Assembly: GCF_006345805.1 (NCBI RefSeq)
Contig: NC_043005.1
Coordinates: 26,164,001-26,228,000, forward strand
Direction: 5' to 3'
DNA from: Octopus sinensis
Taxonomy: Eukaryota
DNA length: 64,000 nt
Shown: one piece after another, positions 57,062-64,000 of the stretch
Position numbering within the stretch: position 1 is the stretch's first letter
Layout: every line of letters begins with the position of its first letter
Position numbers and translations under genes: made by a program
Notes under the pieces: generated by a model
The model's input: only the letters and a program-made list of their open reading frames with translations
Databases searched by the model: none
Told to the model about the DNA's origin: nothing

Positions 57062-57797
57062 TAGATAACTTTCTTTATTGGCCCCACAGAGCTGAACACA
57101 GAGGGGACAAATACAAATATAGAGCTTTTCTTTTCGAAAATGAAAAAGAAAAAGAAAAAAAGGGAACAAATGTAAAATTCCGATCTAAAGGGATCGGGGG
57201 AAAAAGCAACCAAAAGTGCTCGGAAAAAAAAGCGATCAAAAGGGATCGTGTATCACAGAAAAAAATTTTAAGTAAGAAACAAGATTAGGCTTATCCGTGG
57301 AAAGAAAAGCCAACGGAAAAGACTACGGCAACCTCAGACAAAGAGAAAATAAACACATGAGAACAAAGTGCTCTCTCTCTCTCTCTTTTTACGATTTACA
57401 GGACCATGCTCAAGGTGGTTTCGTCGCTCGCACGCACCATCTTTGCTACAGTCACCCACCTTTCTTTGAAACTTTCATGAGACAAAACCTACCTCTCCAT
57501 TCTCACCTTCCTTTTCAAGTGGTACTTGAAAAAGTTGATGAGCGATTGGCCAGAGAGTGTTTGTCTCTAATCCTTTCGCTTGAGTCCAGCATTCTTTCAC
57601 ATTCTTTCACCATGACCACCAGTACAATGAAGACTCTTGCCTTCCCGATTGAGGGAAGGTGGCGGAGCAATTTTCACGATAGACTCGGCCGACAGACAAC
57701 AGCCGTTCGGCATAAGCCCACAGGTCCGAAATGGTTGTACACTGCACGAGTGGGTGCAGAACGGTTTCGTCCCTCGTATATGAATAAGATTGCATGA
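57062..57797 (-). mobile_element. Tx1/L1-group LINE, 3' fragment
   Basis: DETVLHPLVQCTTISDLWAYAERLL (cysteine-rich C-terminus) ... VFIVLVVMVKEC ... KGLETNT. The 3' end GTCCCCTCTGTGTTCAGCTCTGTGGGGCCAATAAAGAAA runs into (TCTA)n. Confidence 0.7.
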
Positions 57798-57810
57798 AGG
57801 AAGAAGCGTT

Positions 57811-57860
<50 letters not shown>

Positions 57861-58165
57861 ATGTATGTGTATATATGATATATCGGCATTTATTTATATA
57901 GAGGGCATTATTACACAAATGCCACACGCTAGGAGGGACTTTCAAAGTCACTACCCAAAAATAAACGAATCGTACCGAAATACAGCTCTCGAAGCACATT
58001 TAGAAACTGAATTTAGTTCCAGATCACCTGTGATTTCGCAATTAACGTATTATCTACGTCTTTTGTTCATCACTAAAAGATATCATAACACATAAAATAA
58101 CAAAACCAATATACCTAGCATGTTTCTTGTTAAGATTCTTATTAAGATTTTATCCTTATTGTTAA

Positions 58166-58201
<36 letters not shown>

Positions 58202-58300
58202 ATCCAAAAAGAGAAGAACAATCACAAAAAAAGTACAATAACGCGAGGACGTGAAACATCTAAAGTATAAGCAGACGTTCGGGGAACGGAAAAAAGATGG

Positions 58301-58333
58301 TTTAACGTTTCGAGCAACGCTCTTATTCAGAAA
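58301..58333 (-). ncRNA. Degenerate minimal hammerhead motif (family C) in mini-element 58195-58400
   Basis: TTT-CTGAATA-A-GAGC-gtt-GCTC-GAAAC-GT-T-AAA (G8 mutated). Confidence 0.6.
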
Positions 58334-58400
58334 CAGAGGAATGTCCAATAGAAAGGAAGAAGGGGGGAGGAGAAAATCGCCAACGGTTCACATGTGGTAT

Positions 58401-58557
58401 TTAAAACAGTTTTATTCGGATTCCTGCGACTTAAAGTTTCGCAGGCTCCCAGCAGAAGCCCATCTCAGGTTTCGGTAACCTAAGCCTGAAATAGAAGGGT
58501 TTCTGTTACAGGCCCGCAAACCTTTAAGTCGCATGGAACCGAATCAAACTGTTTTAA
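58401..58557. repeat. 157-bp imperfect palindromic (foldback) MITE-like element
   Basis: TTAAAACAGTTTTATTCGGATTCCTGCGACTTAAAG ... CTTTAAGTCGCATGGAACCGAATCAAACTGTTTTAA. Inner CAGAAGCCC/GGGTTTCTG also pair. Confidence 0.8.
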
Positions 58558-58623
58558 ATAATACATGTGTGTATATATATATAATACATGTGTATATATT
58601 TATATATATATATATATATATAT

Positions 58624-59000
58624 AGGCGCAGGAGTGGGGCTGTGTGGAAAGTAGCTTGCTTACCAACCACATGGTTCCGCGTTCAGCCCCACTGCGAGGC
58701 ACTTTGGGCAAGTGTCTTCTACTATAGCATCGGCTCGACAAAAGCCTCGTGAGTGGATTTGGTAGATGGAAACTGAAAGAATCCTGTCGTATATATGTGC
58801 ATGTGTGTGTGTGTGTGTACGTTTGTGTGTCTGTGTTTGTCCCCAACCATCTCTTGACTACCGATGCTGGTGTGTTTATGTCCCCATAACTTAGCGGTTC
58901 GGCAAAGGTTTACAAAGAATAAGTCCGTGGAGTCGATTTGCTCGACTAAAGGCAATGCTCCAACAAGGCCGCAGTCAAATGACTGAAACAAGTAAAAGAA
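58624..59000 (+). mobile_element. SINE family 1 copy
   Basis: Same head and tail as 35475-35908, with a short internal deletion. Confidence 0.85.
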
Positions 59001-60029
59001 AAGAATTATATATATATATAATATATATATATATAAAGCTAATAATTTCTGTTTTACATGCGTGTATAAATCTTAATTTCAATTAATGCTTGAATTTTTT
59101 CTCATTTCAAAAACAAAGAAATTATAAAATAGAGTTTAGGTCAAATTTGCAATAATTTGTTTCTTTTTTGTAGTTTGTTTTTCTTAGTGTTTTTTTTTTT
59201 CTGTTTACTTTTTTCTACAAAAAATTTTTTTTTTTTTCGTAATCTTATTTCATGGATTTACAATTGCGGTTTAAGAAAGAAACGAAAAACAGCTTTATCT
59301 AATATTTTATTCTAAATCTCGTTTTGAATCAGAACAAAATTACTCTTTTAATGTAAAATACCATATTTTCTTCATTTCTTTTTTTTTCTTTTTTTTTCGT
59401 AGCATTTGTGAAAGACATCATGGCAGGAAAAATATCATTAGATGTACATAATTACTCTTGTCAATCAAGAGAAGAGAAAATAAAATTGAAAGAATACAAT
59501 TAATGAATAAATACAAATTAAATAAATAAAAACATTTTCTTAGCAATCTTTGACATATGTCATATATATTGCAATGAAAACATTTCATTTGAAATGATCG
59601 ATTATTTTGGCGTTTATGATCGTTTGTTGATGTTGTTGTTGTTGTTGTTGTTGTAATTATTGTTGTTTTTATAACCGTGTTGATCTTAGTTTAGTAGGAT
59701 TTCTTTTCTTTTTTTTTGTTCATGTTTGACTTTCGTTTTATTATATTTACGTTTCGTTTAAATGTAAATTACGAAATGAGGTTAAATAATAATAATAATA
59801 ATAATAATAATATTGTTAATTCTGGTTTTATTGGCCACAAGGACTAAATATAATGATAATAATAATAATAATGTAAACTCACAATATTAATCGCAATCCT
59901 CCTTTCTGAATTGGCCTCAAGGGTCCATCTTTAGAAAACAAAATGTATCGTACATAGGGCGTTAAAAATGTGTAGGTGTACAAATAGATAGTTAGATAGA
60001 TAGAGATATTGTGTATGTATGTATGTATA

Positions 60030-60073
<44 letters not shown>

Positions 60074-60074
60074 A

Positions 60075-60395
60075 GGATAAGGACGCTCTTCGGTCATGAA
60101 TGACCATGGGATTGCACCTAGAAAGTTCCCCTCCGAGGCACACCTCGGGGCAAGGTTGTTTATGGAAGACCAGCAGTCACCCATGCGTATCATCTTACCC
60201 TCTCCATGCCACCAGTGTTATCCAAGGGAAAGGCAAAGGGGTCGATACAGCTTGGCACCAGTGATATCGTAATTCATTTCTACAGCTGAGTGATCTGGAG
60301 CAACGTGAAATAAAGTGTCTTGCTCAAGAACTCAACACACAGTGCGGTCTGCGAATCGAACTCACTACCTCACGATTGCAAGCTCGACGCGCTGA
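60075..60395 (-). mobile_element. tRNA-derived SINE (family 3 head, different body)
   Basis: Shares CTGGAGCAACGTGAAATAAAGTGTCTTGCTCAAG with 16140-16180 and has a tRNA-like head at 60340-60395. Confidence 0.7.
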
Positions 60396-60564
60396 TTTTA
60401 AATTACTTAAAACACGTTTATGACACATTCCAACTTCTAAAGACACACACGCACATACATACATACATACACACATACATATATATGTGTATAGCACCAA
60501 AGACACACTTCTATTTGTTGTTTTCCCTCCATTTTTTACCGTCTATATATATGTATACACACAC

Positions 60565-60606
<42 letters not shown>

Positions 60607-60816
60607 TTTTTGGATTTGGTTTGAAAGATTCTTTATACGAGTTCGTGTGTTGAAGCATATTCTGTTGTGTCTGGGGGGAGTCATTCTCTTTTAGTGCCTT
60701 ATTATTTAACACACTCACCGGTAAAATTTCCACTTCTTTCTTTTTTTTTTCTAAAATGTTCGTTGCGTGTTGCAACCTTTTCAATAGTCTTGAATGACTT
60801 TCCCCAGACACAACAG

Positions 60817-60855
<39 letters not shown>

Positions 60856-60916
60856 AACGCACGCACACACGCACACACACACACACACACACACAGATAT
60901 ATATATATATAATATA

Positions 60917-60994
<78 letters not shown>

Positions 60995-61044
60995 ATATAT
61001 ATATATATATATAATATATTATATATATATTATATATATATAAG

Positions 61045-61330
61045 GGAGTATTGGCTACTTTCCTGAAACCCATACTCTCCACCTTTCCTGGACACGTCAA
61101 GAACTCTGACGAAATCATCAAAAGACTGCGCCAACTGCTCCCAGGCCAACTCAAGCAAAACAGATATGGCCTTACTCTTGACGTTGTCTCAATGTTCATA
61201 ACGGTACCAGCACACTCGACGGTCAGTCTATTGACTGACTGCATAGTAGCGTCCAACATCCACTGCTTCTGACTCACTGCAGCTGATATGCATCAACTAT
61301 TGTCCATCATCTGTCTTACACCTTTCACAC
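61045..61330 (+). mobile_element. Penelope-like element RT fragment
   Basis: ATFLKPILSTFPGHVKNSDEIIKRL...LTLDVVSMFITVP matches the PLE RT pattern H(I/V)KNS..F...SFDV.SLFT.VP. Confidence 0.75.
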
Positions 61331-61486
61331 ATTTTACATAAGCGAGAGATTTTTCTCTCCAATGTAACTGCAGTGAATTTGTTTTTCCGAAGTTGAAATA
61401 CGTCACAAAACCGACCTAATGTTCGATTATGCCAAAACACTGCTACATTGCTTCACTCTGATATTGCTGAATAAATACATGTCTAA

Positions 61487-62110
61487 GGCGTGGAGCTGGC
61501 AGAAACGTTAACACGCCGGGCGAAATGCTTAGCGGTATTTCGTCTGCCGTTACGTTCTGAGTTCAAATTCCGCCGAGGTCGACTTTGCCTTTCATCCTTT
61601 CGGGGTCGATAAATTAAGTACCAGTTACGCACTGGGGTCGATATAATCGACTTAATCCGTTTGTCTGTCCTTATTCGTCCCCTCTGTGTTTAGGCCCTTT
61701 TGGGTAGTAAAGAAATAGGTATTTTGTCTGTCTTTACGTTCTGAGTTCAAATTCCGCCGAGGTTGACTTTGCCTTTCATCTTTTCGGGGTCTATTAAATA
61801 AGTACCAGCGACGCACTGGGGTCGATATAATCGAATTAATCCGTTTGTCTGTCCTTGTTTGTCCTCTCTATATTTAGCTCCTTGTGGGTAGTAAAGAAAT
61901 AGGTATTTCGTCTGCCGCTACGTTCTGAGTTCAAATTCCGCCGAGGTCGACTTTGCCTTTACGTTCTGAGTTCAAATTCCGCAGAGGTCGACTTTGCCTT
62001 TCATCCTTTCGGAGTCGATGAATTAAGTACCAGTTGCGTACTGGGGTCGATCTAATCAACTGGCTTCCCTCCCCACCAAATTTTGGGCTTTTGTGCCTAG
62101 AGTAGAAAGG
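61487..62110 (+). mobile_element. SINE family 2 head-to-tail multimer
   Basis: One head followed by ~184-bp units at 61534, 61718 and 61902 (the last with an internal duplication), then the normal family 2 terminus. Confidence 0.88.
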
Positions 62111-62670
62111 ATTAACAGAGCTTCCCTCTCGGGTATTTTCTCTCAGCCAGATTGATGTAAAGCCTTATTTCCTACATACGACACTATACATATAATGTGC
62201 TAATAACAACCATTACAATGTCACACAAAATTAGTTCTGTCATTGATCATTGTTTAGTTACTTGCATACCCGTGTCGTCAAAAGTGCCGATACTTCAATT
62301 GATGATACAAAATGGCGCATCAAAGCATTGAGAGAAAGCATTTATAAATGTCAGCAATCGAGTAAATTGAAGCTCTTGAAAAGATACAGCTGTAATGTCT
62401 CGGTTGAAAATATTATCTCCTACGCAATACATACATATATATATATATATGTGTGTGTGTTTGTGTGTGTGTCTGTATGTATGTATATATATATATATAT
62501 ATATGTACGTATGTATGTATGTATGTATGTATGTATGTATGTATGTATGTATGTATGTATGTATATAATTAATACCCAAAACGGAGGAAAAACACAAGAA
62601 AAACACAACAACGCGAGGACTTGGTACTTGCAAAGTATTAATAACACGCACAGGGAAGGAAAGAAAAGGT

Positions 62671-62705
62671 GTTTTATGTTTCGAGCAAAGCTCTTCTTCA
62701 GAAAC
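62671..62705 (-). ncRNA. Minimal hammerhead motif (family C) in mini-element 62570-62790
   Basis: GTTT-CTGAAGA-A-GAGC-ttt-GCTC-GAAAC-AT-A-AAAC. Core boxes are intact; the stem III palindrome is broken (ACAU). Confidence 0.62.
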
Positions 62706-62788
62706 AGGAGACAAAGAAAAATCCTAGGGAAACGGAAGACGGAGGAAAAAAGTCGACAACAATCTACATGTAGTTACATTTTGGAATA

Positions 62789-62829
<41 letters not shown>

Positions 62830-62998
62830 GCACTGGCGTGGGTGTGTGATAAGAAGCTTGAAGCTTGCTTCCTAACCAAATGGTTCTTGATTCGGTCCCA
62901 CTGCGTGATACCTTGTCCAGATATCTTCTACTATGCCCCCAAGCCGACAAAAGCTTTGTGAGCGGATTTGGTAGCCAGAAACTGAAAGACACCGGGCG

Positions 62999-63043
<45 letters not shown>

Positions 63044-63061
63044 CGTGTGCGTGTGTGTGTG

Positions 63062-63092
<31 letters not shown>

Positions 63093-63134
63093 CGTTTGTA
63101 TGCGTGTGTGTGTGTGTGTGTGTGTGTGTATTAA

Positions 63135-63358
63135 CCCATTAAGTCCCAGAGTACTTAAATTTCTGAATATTACTTTAAAATTTTTACAGATGATTGAAAA
63201 TAGGTCAAAACGAAAAAAAACAATTATCAAAACTCCTTTACTTCAAGTAGAAATGGAAATACTCGGTGTCCTATAAATAGGACACTGAGACAATGTGATA
63301 TAGCTTATTTGATGTTCTCATTTAGTGTCCTATTTATAGGACAGTGGAACTTCATGGG
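63135..63358. mobile_element. piggyBac-type MITE (224 bp)
   Basis: TTAA TSD (63131-63134 and 63359-63362). TIRs CCCATTAAGTCCCA / TGGAACTTCATGGG, plus internal palindromes GTGTCCTATAAATAGGACAC and GTGTCCTATTTATAGGACA. Confidence 0.85.
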
Positions 63359-63405
63359 TTAAATTCATATCATCCAACATTTTTAAATACATTTGTTTTG
63401 AACTA

Positions 63406-63451
<46 letters not shown>

Positions 63452-63457
63452 CTCTGG

Positions 63458-63496
<39 letters not shown>

Positions 63497-63842
63497 CTTG
63501 CACGTCTTTTTGGCTGTGATGGAGATCCGTATGTAATCTTAAACAGTAGAATTCCCTAAAGCTGTTTGAATGTAATGCCATTTTGTGTATATTATTAGGT
63601 CAGGTCTTCTGACGTTATAATTAAAAAGATGGAGATCAAGACGAAGGTATGATTTTATCACCTTCAAGAACAAAATCAGATAGAACGAGATCCGCTTAGT
63701 TTCCATTAGAATATAGAACATAATGGGAGAATTCTACTGATGTTTCCTATGACACACTTTATAATATAATTTAAACTACATGCGTGTCGGAAGACATACA
63801 CAAAGAACACACGCACGCACACACGCACATACATAGATGCTT

Positions 63843-63882
<40 letters not shown>

Positions 63883-64000
63883 CGTACATACATACATACA
63901 TTCATACATACATACGTAAGTAGGTGCATATGCAGTGTACTTATATATATGTATGCACGTATGCATGCGTATATACACACATACATACATTCATACATAC

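Overview
This is a gene-poor, repeat-saturated animal genomic window. It is most likely from an octopus or other cephalopod, inferred from the SINE families and the extreme (TA)n/(TATG)n/(GATA)n/(TAA)n load, not proven. I could not support any host protein-coding exon, and almost all ORF-track entries are microsatellite translation artefacts. The window holds decayed mobile elements: four R4/Dong-type RLE retrotransposon copies, five Penelope-like element (PLE) protein remnants, CR1-like, RTE, Tx1/L1-like and other LINE fragments, Tc1/mariner fossils (one full-length mariner with perfect 37-bp TIRs), several MITE/foldback elements and three tRNA-derived SINE families. The strongest signal is non-coding: about a dozen hammerhead-ribozyme (HHR) motifs. 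The main family is a ~340-bp element built from a 5' hairpin, a tRNA-like Pol III head, an internal (AAT)n and a minimal type I hammerhead tail. It occurs as a monomer (52584-52920), as a tandem/inverted composite with a 12-bp TSD (31520-32304), and as a copy split 5 kb apart by a chain of (TAA)n-targeting retroelements (3524-8750). A decayed type III hammerhead also caps a ~410-bp rod-like foldback (813-1221). Two SINE-LINE 3'-tail partnerships are visible inside the window. All calls were made by eye, and boundaries of degenerate elements are approximate.
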